IMG/VR virus record: IMGVR_UViG_3300037264_002228
Location: 34,444-98,443 of that record
Origin: a virus
Strand: one strand, 5' to 3'
Length of the DNA stretch: 64,000 bases
Positions 41,720 through 50,055 of this stretch are shown here, one piece after another. Position numbers and translations under genes: made by a program. Below the pieces are notes generated by a model. The model was given only the letters and a program-made list of their open reading frames with translations, was not told the origin of the DNA and ran no database searches. Position 1 is the stretch's first letter. Every line of letters starts with the position of its first letter.

Positions 41720-41972
41720 ATGGATAAATGAATATGATACTAGTCAATTTTGGTTCATAGAAAATGATGTCATTTGTTGCTGGCCAACAGGATGGGAACG
41801 TCCAGTTGCTGTATTTGTGATTGATGGATATATTATAAAATCTTTAGAATTAGGCGTAGTAATAAGAAATAATCTAAAAGAAGAATATTCAGTCTATGAC
41901 CCGAACTTTTTTCAGGATTTACAACATTCTTTGATGATACATAAAGCAGCATACACTAGAATAATATTATGA
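41694..41972 (+). CDS. small paralog-family protein
   Basis: MELLDILIKWI ... SVYDPNFFQDL. Confidence 0.55.
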   Translation: MELLDILIKWINEYDTSQFWFIENDVICCWPTGWERPVAVFVIDGYIIKSLELGVVIRNNLKEEYSVYDPNFFQDLQHSLMIHKAAYTRIIL

Positions 41973-42745
41973 ATAAATTGTTATTTATTGGTGGCCCATG
42001 TGTCATAGAATCAGAACAACATGCTATGAGGCATGCATCAGCCATAAAAGATATATGTACAAAATTAGACATAGATTTTATTTATAAAAGTTCCTATGAT
42101 AAAGCTAATAGGACGTCTGGCGAAACTTATCGAGGCCCAGGTTTAATTGATGGTTTATACATATTGAATAAAATTAAACATGAAATTGGCGTTAAGATAT
42201 TGACTGATGTCCATTCTGTTGATGAAGTGAAGTCTGCTGCGGTTGTAGTTGACGTGCTTCAAATTCCAGCATTGTTATGTCGTCAGACAGATTTAGTATT
42301 GGCTGCTTCGAGTACTCACAAAATAGTAAACATCAAAAAGGGCCAATTCATGGACCCATTGGCTATGAGGCATATATTAAAGAAAGCCTTATCAACTGGT
42401 AATAATAATATATGGTTATGTGAGCGTGGTACTACGTTTGGTTATAATAATTTAGTAGTTGATATGCGTTCAATACCAATAATGAAATCTTTTGGTTGCA
42501 AAGTAATAATGGATGCTGGACATGCAGTGCAACAGCCCGGTGGTCTTGGTAATGCATCCGGTGGGATGCGAGATATGATTCCGACGATGGCTCGTTGTGG
42601 TATCGCGGCTGGTGCTGATGGGTTGTTTATTGAAGTCCATGAAAATCCAGATGCTGGCCTAAGTGATGGACCGAATATGCTTAGATTAGATGATCTTGAA
42701 TCATTACTACGCCAAGCAAAAGAAATGAAAAATTTGCTCCTGTAG
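41969..42745 (+). CDS. kdsA: KDO 8-phosphate synthase
   Basis: GPCVIES, KSSYDKANRTS, TDVH, QIPA.LCRQT, KKGQF, ERG..FGYNNLVVD, H.VQQPG, SDG. Confidence 0.95.
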   Translation: MNKLLFIGGPCVIESEQHAMRHASAIKDICTKLDIDFIYKSSYDKANRTSGETYRGPGLIDGLYILNKIKHEIGVKILTDVHSVDEVKSAAVVVDVLQIPALLCRQTDLVLAASSTHKIVNIKKGQFMDPLAMRHILKKALSTGNNNIWLCERGTTFGYNNLVVDMRSIPIMKSFGCKVIMDAGHAVQQPGGLGNASGGMRDMIPTMARCGIAAGADGLFIEVHENPDAGLSDGPNMLRLDDLESLLRQAKEMKNLLL

Positions 42746-42809
42746 CCTATCGGTGAGGCAGGGATCTCTAAAATCTCATAGGTGAGTTCGACTCTCATCA
42801 GGAGCGCCA
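42736..42809 (+). tRNA. amber suppressor tRNA, anticodon CUA
   Basis: Acceptor GCTCCTG/CAGGAGC + G73 + CCA; D stem GCCT/AGGC with GG; anticodon stem GGGAT/ATCTC around loop CT-CTA-AA; T arm GTGAG-TTCGACT-CTCAT. Confidence 0.9.
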
Positions 42810-42814
42810 ATTTT

Positions 42815-43102
42815 ATGACGATATTATCAATAATCACTGTAGTATTTGCTACAGTGTTTATAGCATATTTCTTAATAAGTTGGGCAGATAGTAGACCTTG
42901 TTCTTATTGCAGCAACATGAGAGATCAACTAAAAGAAAGAATGCCACATTGTGATGGATGCGACAACATTGCAGATGTATATTATTGTACCACCTGTATT
43001 AAGAAGTTATTTAAAAAGCGCACACCTAGAATACGTAAATTTCTACAATTATTGCGTAGTATTAAAAAAATAAGACGTAGTGATGACGAGAAAAATATAT
43101 AA
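42815..43102 (+). CDS. membrane-anchored Cys-rich protein
   Basis: TM helix, then three CxxC pairs and a basic tail; ATG just after the tRNA. Confidence 0.55.
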   Translation: MTILSIITVVFATVFIAYFLISWADSRPCSYCSNMRDQLKERMPHCDGCDNIADVYYCTTCIKKLFKKRTPRIRKFLQLLRSIKKIRRSDDEKNI

Positions 43103-43115
43103 TATGGAGGCAATT

Positions 43116-43472
43116 ATGACATAGGGTACACATTTTTACGTGGTGGTAAGGGCAGATCTATCTATTCCTCAACAGCTTTGTCAAGCTGTTCACGCCGCTC
43201 ATGAATCGGGCATCCGGTTCGGCAACCCAAACGATATTTCATCAGTTGTTGTTTGTAGTGTCCCTGATGAAACCAGTCTATTATTAGAACAAGAAAAGGT
43301 TGAATCTAAAGGTATAAAGACTATACTATTTAGAGAACCGGACATAAACAACCAAGCTACAGCATTTGCTACAGAGTTAATCCCTAGCAATTATCGTAAG
43401 GTGTTTTCTAAGCTTGTTTTATGGAAAGGAAATGATTATGTTAGAAACAAGGAGGAATGTTATGGATCCTAA
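43116..43472 (+). CDS. Pth2-like peptidyl-tRNA hydrolase with in-frame TAG at codon 3
   Basis: GGAGG (43106-43110) then ATG ACA TAG GGT ACA CAT TTT TAC GTG in frame with ORF 43140..43472; FYVVVRADL..Q..Q.VHAA..FREPD.NNQ.TA.A is a PTH2-family pattern. Confidence 0.75.
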
Positions 43473-43773
43473 GATTTTTAAATTGAAGGAACACATTAAG
43501 AAGCTGGCTTCGGAACAGAAGCTTCTTAAAATGGCTCGTAAGACAAAATTGCCAAAAGATAAGTGGGAAGATATTAGAATATCTTTAGGTAAGAGTAAAG
43601 ATTGGACGCCAATATACGCTGCATGTGAAGCATATGTAAATACTATTCGTATTACAGCGTGTCTAAATTTGTATCATGAATTACGTGGAAGCGAATTTAG
43701 ACATAATGCCAATATTGATGAGTATTATTATAGCAAATGTTTAAAAGAAGAACGAGATTTATTGAATAAGTAA
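43462..43773 (+). CDS. hypothetical basic helical protein coupled to the Pth-like gene
   Basis: GGAGG at 43451 before ATG 43462; overlaps the end of the Pth-like ORF. Confidence 0.6.
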   Translation: MDPKIFKLKEHIKKLASEQKLLKMARKTKLPKDKWEDIRISLGKSKDWTPIYAACEAYVNTIRITACLNLYHELRGSEFRHNANIDEYYYSKCLKEERDLLNK

Positions 43774-43775
43774 CT

Positions 43776-43920
43776 ATAAGCCGAGATTACCATAAGGCAC
43801 AGCCAGGGACCGCAGGCCGCACCAATAGCTGACGATTGATAGTGGGTTATTGGTCATAGTGCTGGCGATGGTGAACCATTGTCAGGTTCGTATATCAATT
43901 TATGGTAATTCTCGGCTTAT
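43776..43920. ncRNA. unidentified structured RNA closed by a 20-bp stem
   Basis: ATAAGCCGAGATTACCATAA pairs with TTATGGTAATTCTCGGCTTAT (one bulge); GC-richer interior with further helices. Confidence 0.55.
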
Positions 43921-43936
43921 TGTGTATTTAAAGCAT

Positions 43937-44278
43937 ATGCAACCTAATGCAGTTGATCTTATACTGATGTGGCTAGAAGATAGAAATACGAGTAAATTTT
44001 GGACCATAAATCAAAAACGATCAACAGATTATGATACAATTTACATGGTCAGGGAAATAGAATACAAAACTCCAGCAATTAATGACTCTCCACTAAAGAT
44101 TGCAGTGAATATAACATTACCACACAATATTGAAATATGGTCTGTAAAATTACATGATGCATATTTTTTCGATAAGTTACAAAACATGATTAATAGTACT
44201 ATATCGGTGGAATTTAGTGATTTGCATAGAAAAATAACATCTAATAATTTAAGTTTAAGAGGTATGTATGTCGAATAA
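43937..44278 (+). CDS. small paralog-family protein
   Basis: VDLILMWL ... VKLHDAYFFDKL; ATG 43937 follows GTATTTAA. Confidence 0.55.
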   Translation: MQPNAVDLILMWLEDRNTSKFWTINQKRSTDYDTIYMVREIEYKTPAINDSPLKIAVNITLPHNIEIWSVKLHDAYFFDKLQNMINSTISVEFSDLHRKITSNNLSLRGMYVE

Positions 44279-44849
44279 AGCTTTGATAATCGTTGATGTT
44301 CAGAATGATTTTTGTTCTGGTGGGTCGCTTGCCGTACCAAATGGTGATGATGTTGTTAATCCTATAAATAATCTTATTAATTTTGGTCGCCAAAATGGAT
44401 GGCAAATATTCGTATCACGCGATTGGCACCCACCAGTCACTACACATTTCAAAGATTATGGTGGCATATGGCCAGTACATTGTGTTGCCGAATCAATAGG
44501 CGCACAATTTCATAAAGATTTAGATATATCGAATGCTACTATAATATCAAAGGGCATGGGTAATAATGATGATTTTTCGGCCTTCAATGGAGTAACTGAT
44601 CGGCAATATCCATTGAGTTATGCGCTACAATCTAAAAACATAAGCGAGTTATTCATATGTGGATTGGCCACTGATTATTGTGTTAAAGAAACTGTTTTAT
44701 CGGCTTGCCGTCTGAGGTTTGTTACTAATTTTTTAATTGATGCTTCTAGAGCAGTCAATATAAATCCAAATGATGAGAAGGATGCAATTGAGGCCATGAA
44801 AAAACTTGGGACTAGGATCATAACTACAAATGAGGCAATGAATGGCTAA
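44268..44849 (+). CDS. pncA: nicotinamidase
   Basis: IVDVQNDFC.GGSLAV, RDWHP, WPVHCV, KG, GLATDYCV. Confidence 0.95.
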   Translation: MSNKALIIVDVQNDFCSGGSLAVPNGDDVVNPINNLINFGRQNGWQIFVSRDWHPPVTTHFKDYGGIWPVHCVAESIGAQFHKDLDISNATIISKGMGNNDDFSAFNGVTDRQYPLSYALQSKNISELFICGLATDYCVKETVLSACRLRFVTNFLIDASRAVNINPNDEKDAIEAMKKLGTRIITTNEAMNG

Positions 44850-46095
44850 ATTTGAGCCAATCATAACATCATTGCTTGATACTGATTTTTATAAGTTTAC
44901 TATGGGCCAAGTCGTATTCAGAAAATTTCGTGATGTTAATGTTAAATATGCATTTAAGAATCGCTCTAAGGTAAATCTTTCGCATTTTGTTGCTGAAAAA
45001 GATCTTCGAGCGCAATTAGACCATGTTCGCACACTCGAATTTGACAACAGTGAATTGCATTATCTGCGTGGTACCAATGAATATAGCGACCGAATGTTTA
45101 CTGAAGATTATCTTGACTTTTTGAAGACATTACATTTTCCTGATTATAAACTAGTTTATAATGACGATACATTTGAGCTTGAATTCGAAGGCCCATGGAG
45201 CACTGCGATTTATTGGGAAACATTTGCTTTATCGATCATTAATGAATTGTATAATCAGACACTTTTTGATACTGGTAGAAATTTCAACCGTGATGTCGTA
45301 AAAGCTACTGGCGTTATGAACTTGGCATCTAAGATTGCTGTCCTACGTGGTAGTCGTGGTTTAACCTTTACTGATTTTGGTACTCGTAGGCGTTTTAGTA
45401 AAGAATGGCAAGATTATGTAGTAAAAACTTTAAAAAATGAATTTGCAGATCGTACTCACGAACCACAATTTCGTGGAACGTCTAATGTTTATTTGGCAAT
45501 GAAATATGGTTTATTGCCAATGGGCACTTCTGCACATGAAATGTATATGATTATGGCCGGGATTGCTGACCAAACCGATGACGACATTCGTAATTCACAC
45601 AATAAATTCTTGGAGCTTTGGTGGGATCAATATGGATATGGATTGTCAATTGCTTTGACTGACACATTTGGAAGCGAGTTTTTCTTTAAAGACATGACTT
45701 CTTGGCAAGCTGCTAAATGGAAGGGTCTTAGACATGATTCTGGTGATCCATTTGCATTTGGTGAGCGTGTTATTAAATTTTATAACAGTCATGGTATCGA
45801 CCCAGCAGGAAAGATGATTGTTTTCAGCGATGGGCTTGATGTAAATACTATTGTCAGCATCAATAATCATTTTAAAGGACGTATTAAAGTTACATTTGGT
45901 TGGGGCACGAATCTTACTAATGATTTGGGATTTAAGGCATTATCATTGGTAATAAAACCAGTAATGGCTAACAATGTGTCGCTTGTTAAATTAAGTGATA
46001 ACTTGGCTAAAGCTATGGGTGATGTGTCGGTAGTTGAACGCTATAAACGAATTTTTGGACATACAAATGCCACAAGTACCGAATGCAGGTATTAA
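44842..46095 (+). CDS. pncB: nicotinate phosphoribosyltransferase
   Basis: SLLDTDFYKFTM, DFGTRRRFS, GTSNV, GT.AHE, LTDTFG, RHDSGDP, FSDGL, GTNLTND, KLSDN. Confidence 0.95.
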   Translation: MAKFEPIITSLLDTDFYKFTMGQVVFRKFRDVNVKYAFKNRSKVNLSHFVAEKDLRAQLDHVRTLEFDNSELHYLRGTNEYSDRMFTEDYLDFLKTLHFPDYKLVYNDDTFELEFEGPWSTAIYWETFALSIINELYNQTLFDTGRNFNRDVVKATGVMNLASKIAVLRGSRGLTFTDFGTRRRFSKEWQDYVVKTLKNEFADRTHEPQFRGTSNVYLAMKYGLLPMGTSAHEMYMIMAGIADQTDDDIRNSHNKFLELWWDQYGYGLSIALTDTFGSEFFFKDMTSWQAAKWKGLRHDSGDPFAFGERVIKFYNSHGIDPAGKMIVFSDGLDVNTIVSINNHFKGRIKVTFGWGTNLTNDLGFKALSLVIKPVMANNVSLVKLSDNLAKAMGDVSVVERYKRIFGHTNATSTECRY

Positions 46096-46477
46096 TTTAA
46101 TAACTATAATACGTAGATGGTTTTCTGAGAATATTCCATATAACGTTGAATATATGAGATGGGATTTTGATCATGTCATGGAAGATCGGCCCGACTTTCA
46201 AAGCTTGCTAACTGTGCGAATAAGAATAGAAATACAAGAAAATGAAAGAAATTCTCATATTACTAGAGAAAGAATATGTTCATTCTTTGCACATAAATGC
46301 ATTGTTCGAAGATATGTAATTACCAATATGTACCCACACATTGGCCAAACAAAACATTTGTATATTGCTAGTCCTACATTTTTTGATGACTTAAAAACAG
46401 AGATAGATTCAACAATAACAGATTTAATAAATGCTGGTTGTATACTGGAACATAAAAAAACATATGCTAAGTGCTGA
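46034..46477 (+). CDS. small paralog-family protein
   Basis: LITIIRRWF ... LYIASPTFFDDL; start uncertain. Confidence 0.5.
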   Translation: MNAINEFLDIQMPQVPNAGINLITIIRRWFSENIPYNVEYMRWDFDHVMEDRPDFQSLLTVRIRIEIQENERNSHITRERICSFFAHKCIVRRYVITNMYPHIGQTKHLYIASPTFFDDLKTEIDSTITDLINAGCILEHKKTYAKC

Positions 46478-47057
46478 TTTATTGTCTGATGCTGATCTTG
46501 ACGAGACGGTAGCCACAGAAATATTAAAAACTAAAATTTTAGGACATGCATATTTTTGGAGACATGGTGGCGATTGGTCTATACGTACAGATTTGAAATC
46601 AGATAAAGGATGGCGGCCAGGTAGTATATGGCGGCCAATACAAATACATGACTATGGCTGTATGTGTAATCCTAAAATATATAAAGAAATTGAAGATGCA
46701 ATTTACGCAAATGAAACGCCAGACGAGCGAGAAGACCGGCGAACATCTGATTTTTTTGTTGGCCATGAAACAATATGTTTAACATCAGTACCAGATTATA
46801 GCCAAGATTTAGAATTAGCATTAGACGTAGTTGACAATATTAAACCATGTTCATTTTCACTTCATCATATTGATAATTTATGGATTGCAGAACTTAATGA
46901 TTATAAGTTTACTTATGAGTCTAAAATGATAGGAAATGTATCTGATCTTCAAGTTGCTGCTACAGTAATTTGTAGAGCAGTTATTAAATTGGTTAGGAAA
47001 GAATATAAACAACCTACTACTTTGTTAACTAAGATTATAAGTTGGATTAGAAAATGA
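46464..47057 (+). CDS. phage ABA-sandwich-like protein
   Basis: LD..VA..IL, PDYSQDL..A..VVD, A..ICRA pattern. Confidence 0.5.
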   Translation: MLSADLLSDADLDETVATEILKTKILGHAYFWRHGGDWSIRTDLKSDKGWRPGSIWRPIQIHDYGCMCNPKIYKEIEDAIYANETPDEREDRRTSDFFVGHETICLTSVPDYSQDLELALDVVDNIKPCSFSLHHIDNLWIAELNDYKFTYESKMIGNVSDLQVAATVICRAVIKLVRKEYKQPTTLLTKIISWIRK

Positions 47058-47413
47058 ACATTAATTGTGGTATAATTCAAGACATTATTGACTCAATTAG
47101 TGGTGATTATATTGCCACTGATATTGGTGATGGTAATATTGTAGTGAAACGAGGCTCTGATTCAGCTATTCTTATAGGTAACATAACGATCTCAATGGAA
47201 GGCGATGAACCAAAAGCTGACCATTGGACATTGGGTGGGTTTTTCATTATGATGAATGGTTGTATGGCGACTGTTGATGGTCTCGAAGGCGCTGTTGCTA
47301 TTAATTTAGCTGAACCAGATAGCATTGACAAATTAAAAAACTGCATACAACATAATATTGAAAATATTAAAAATTTTGAAAAAGAAATACAAGAGACACA
47401 AGATAATGGGTGA
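47054..47413 (+). CDS. small paralog-family protein
   Basis: INLAEPDSIDKLKNCI. Confidence 0.55.
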   Translation: MNINCGIIQDIIDSISGDYIATDIGDGNIVVKRGSDSAILIGNITISMEGDEPKADHWTLGGFFIMMNGCMATVDGLEGAVAINLAEPDSIDKLKNCIQHNIENIKNFEKEIQETQDNG

Positions 47414-47729
47414 TTTAGTTACAATAATACGCGAATGGTTAAAGGACCAGATGCCAGATTGGAAGGTAGTAAGGCCAAATAGTACATTTTGGGCCCCAAA
47501 TGGGGTTTCTGGAATAATAATGCATAGACAAATACCACGCGAATTTGCTTATGTTTATGATACAAAAGTGGTTGTGCATGAATTTAAACGACAAAAAGCT
47601 GACCTAACTTTGTGTGCTCACTCAGAAAATTTTTTCCCATTGTTGTCAAATAAATTACATATAGCGGGTGTAGGATTTAAAAAAGCGTATGAATCACGCG
47701 AACACAATAGAAATCGTCCAAATAATTAA
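47406..47729 (+). CDS. small paralog-family protein
   Basis: DLVTIIREWL ... LCAHSENFFPLL; ATG 47406. Confidence 0.55.
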   Translation: MGDLVTIIREWLKDQMPDWKVVRPNSTFWAPNGVSGIIMHRQIPREFAYVYDTKVVVHEFKRQKADLTLCAHSENFFPLLSNKLHIAGVGFKKAYESREHNRNRPNN

Positions 47730-48213
47730 GGGATTCTTGTCTGATATGGCAGACATTTCATGGCAAGATTATAATTATGAAAAGGATGGTTGGATGAATG
47801 GTACGTTTCCTAAACAATTGAAATCCGATTATTATTTTCACATAATTGGTCAATCATTAATGGTTTTAGATATCACAAATGTTGACCCATCAAATCAGAC
47901 GCCACCAATAACATTTCGATTCGATGATCAATGTATGGTTTGGATGCACGATGATAGATTGTGGAGCACCGTTAAAAAATGTGCCAATAGCGATAAAATT
48001 TATTTTGCTAATCCAAAGTGTTTTGAATATTTTATTTCGATAATATGTTTACTAATATCTGATGTTAATGTTTCTAGGTTTATTATTAAGAGATTGATTA
48101 ATAAACCAAAATATCGGTCCATGTTTAAAGAAGGGCGCATGAGATATATTCGTAGAAAAATGATGTACGCACTAGATTGTGAAGATGTACATAATTTATT
48201 GTTTAACATATAA
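47689..48213 (+). CDS. hypothetical protein (divergent paralog-family member)
   Basis: IVQIIKGFL ... IYFANPKCFEYF. Confidence 0.5.
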   Translation: MNHANTIEIVQIIKGFLSDMADISWQDYNYEKDGWMNGTFPKQLKSDYYFHIIGQSLMVLDITNVDPSNQTPPITFRFDDQCMVWMHDDRLWSTVKKCANSDKIYFANPKCFEYFISIICLLISDVNVSRFIIKRLINKPKYRSMFKEGRMRYIRRKMMYALDCEDVHNLLFNI

Positions 48214-49233
48214 ATGTCTGCTATCAAACAAAAAATTCATGCAGGTATTACCACATTGGCGTGGGTAGCATCAGAATATTTTAAAATCAACCCGTCCTGG
48301 ATTGATGCTGATGACTACATTCAAACAATGATCGTATTTGAATCATTGGTAGAAAAACATGGCTTTGATCATGCCGATTTAGTTATGAGATATCGAGCAG
48401 AACGGCCAACTAAAATTGCTGGGATCACTATTAAGAATAATGGGGTCGATCATGTTGGACAGATGCATAAATTAAAACAAGATCCTAATCCGCTTTATAT
48501 TGATGATATTGGTTTTACGCCGGGTTGTGCAATGAAAGCGATGCCACTTGGAGTCTGGCACAAAAAATTTGACGATACTGTTTTGTTGGCAGATAATATC
48601 ACGCGCATTACACATGGTACTGCAGAAGCACGGCTAGTAGGTGTATTAACAGCACTTCGATATAGGCATGCATTACTTGAAATTGATAATCCTGATATAT
48701 TGATCCAAGATTGGACAACAGCCGCAAAGACACTTAACTTATATGGCACGACAGCATGGGATTGCGTCAACCGCTCTGTTCAACGCGCAAAAGACATTAT
48801 AGCTACAAGTTGTGGTGTTGAAGCATTGTGTAAATTACTTAGGCGTGTTGGTTTAATGTATTTTGCATGGAGCGGCCCGATAAGCGCAATATTCTGGAGT
48901 TATGTTGTTGATGTGACTTTTAAGAAAATCTTTATGCATGTTGGTAGTGACAAAAAGTTTACAATAAATTCTGAACAAATTCTTGTTGATAATGACGTTC
49001 ATAATGAATACGCCAGTCATGTGAAGAAGCATCACGTAAAATGGAAGAGATGGTTAAACGAACCTAAAACAGGTAGACAAGATTCAGACACTTTCTTTTC
49101 TATTGCTTTTTCTATAGCGTCAATAAGAAATCATAATTTCTTAAGCGATATAGAACAAAATCAAGCGCTCGATGATATAGGTAGAGAAGATTGGACACCA
49201 ATTATTGATGCGGTGGACAAACAATGGAAATGA
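48214..49233 (+). CDS. ADP-ribosylglycohydrolase-like protein
   Basis: DD..QT, G.AMK..PLG, ITH...A and DSDT motifs in the DraG/ARH order. Confidence 0.6.
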   Translation: MSAIKQKIHAGITTLAWVASEYFKINPSWIDADDYIQTMIVFESLVEKHGFDHADLVMRYRAERPTKIAGITIKNNGVDHVGQMHKLKQDPNPLYIDDIGFTPGCAMKAMPLGVWHKKFDDTVLLADNITRITHGTAEARLVGVLTALRYRHALLEIDNPDILIQDWTTAAKTLNLYGTTAWDCVNRSVQRAKDIIATSCGVEALCKLLRRVGLMYFAWSGPISAIFWSYVVDVTFKKIFMHVGSDKKFTINSEQILVDNDVHNEYASHVKKHHVKWKRWLNEPKTGRQDSDTFFSIAFSIASIRNHNFLSDIEQNQALDDIGREDWTPIIDAVDKQWK

Positions 49234-49970
49234 ATAAAGCATTTGCACATTTAGCATTACCATATTATATTGATAATGTTAAAGAAAGAGCCGCAGAAGT
49301 AACAGAAGTCTTAAAGAAGAATATAGCGAACCCTTTGTTTGAAAAGATCCATGTATTTTGTGAAGATCCTGAAGAAACATATGCTGCTGCTGGCGTTCAA
49401 ACATTGTTTGATAACCCGAAAGTGTGTCGTATTCAATTAGGTCGCAGAGGGACATATAAAGATCTGTTCACTCATTTGAGTGCGGAGGCTCCAGGGAAGG
49501 TTTGTGTTGGGTCGTATTGTGATATCTATTTTGATGATACGCTTTCGCTTGTAAAAGACGTTGATCTATCAGGAGTATTTTTATCTCTAGCTAAATGGGA
49601 TGTTGGTAAGACTGCCGATATGCGTGATTGGGACCATTATGCTCAAAGACGAAAATTTAGAAATAAAGGCCCATATAACCCTGTTTGGTCACAAGATTGT
49701 TGGATTTTTAAGGCACCATTAAAAGAATTTCCATGTGATTGGGGCTTTGGGATACCAGGTGATGACAATCTGCTTACCTATAAGGCTAAAGAAGCTGGAC
49801 TTCACGTCGTAAATCCATCGTTGTCTATCAAAGCATGGCATTTACATGAGAGCGGATCGAGACGATGGACCAAAGCAGATAGAATGTGGATACCTAACGA
49901 GACAGAAATTGCGGCCTTCAAGGCCAATATGAATGCAGTGACATTAGAAGAAGCATTGATACGGAAATGA
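49224..49970 (+). CDS. hypothetical, possible glycosyltransferase-like protein
   Basis: CDIYFD, SQDCWIF, G.PG.DN, NPS..I...HLH. Confidence 0.45.
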   Translation: MEMNKAFAHLALPYYIDNVKERAAEVTEVLKKNIANPLFEKIHVFCEDPEETYAAAGVQTLFDNPKVCRIQLGRRGTYKDLFTHLSAEAPGKVCVGSYCDIYFDDTLSLVKDVDLSGVFLSLAKWDVGKTADMRDWDHYAQRRKFRNKGPYNPVWSQDCWIFKAPLKEFPCDWGFGIPGDDNLLTYKAKEAGLHVVNPSLSIKAWHLHESGSRRWTKADRMWIPNETEIAAFKANMNAVTLEEALIRK

Positions 49971-50055
49971 AAATACCGTTAAACAACATGGATATAGTAT
50001 TAAAAGAGAATGTTAATTATACCTATTCTGACACAAATCTATTAATAGAGGACTT

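Noticed and set aside
42736-42809. Reading the tRNA as Arg(UCU) or tRNA-Pyl
   Set aside because: The UCU register breaks the anticodon stem; Pyl hallmarks (6-bp anticodon stem, loss of GG and TTC) are absent.
41969-43102. Readthrough fusion of KdsA to the downstream membrane Cys-rich ORF through two in-frame TAGs inside the tRNA (42743, 42779)
   Set aside because: The frame match has a one-in-three chance, KdsA is already complete, and tRNA folding and processing would interrupt the message.
43829-43900. Hammerhead ribozyme or retron RNA suggested by CTGACGA and the terminal inverted repeat
   Set aside because: No GAAA after the candidate stem II and no reverse transcriptase in the window.
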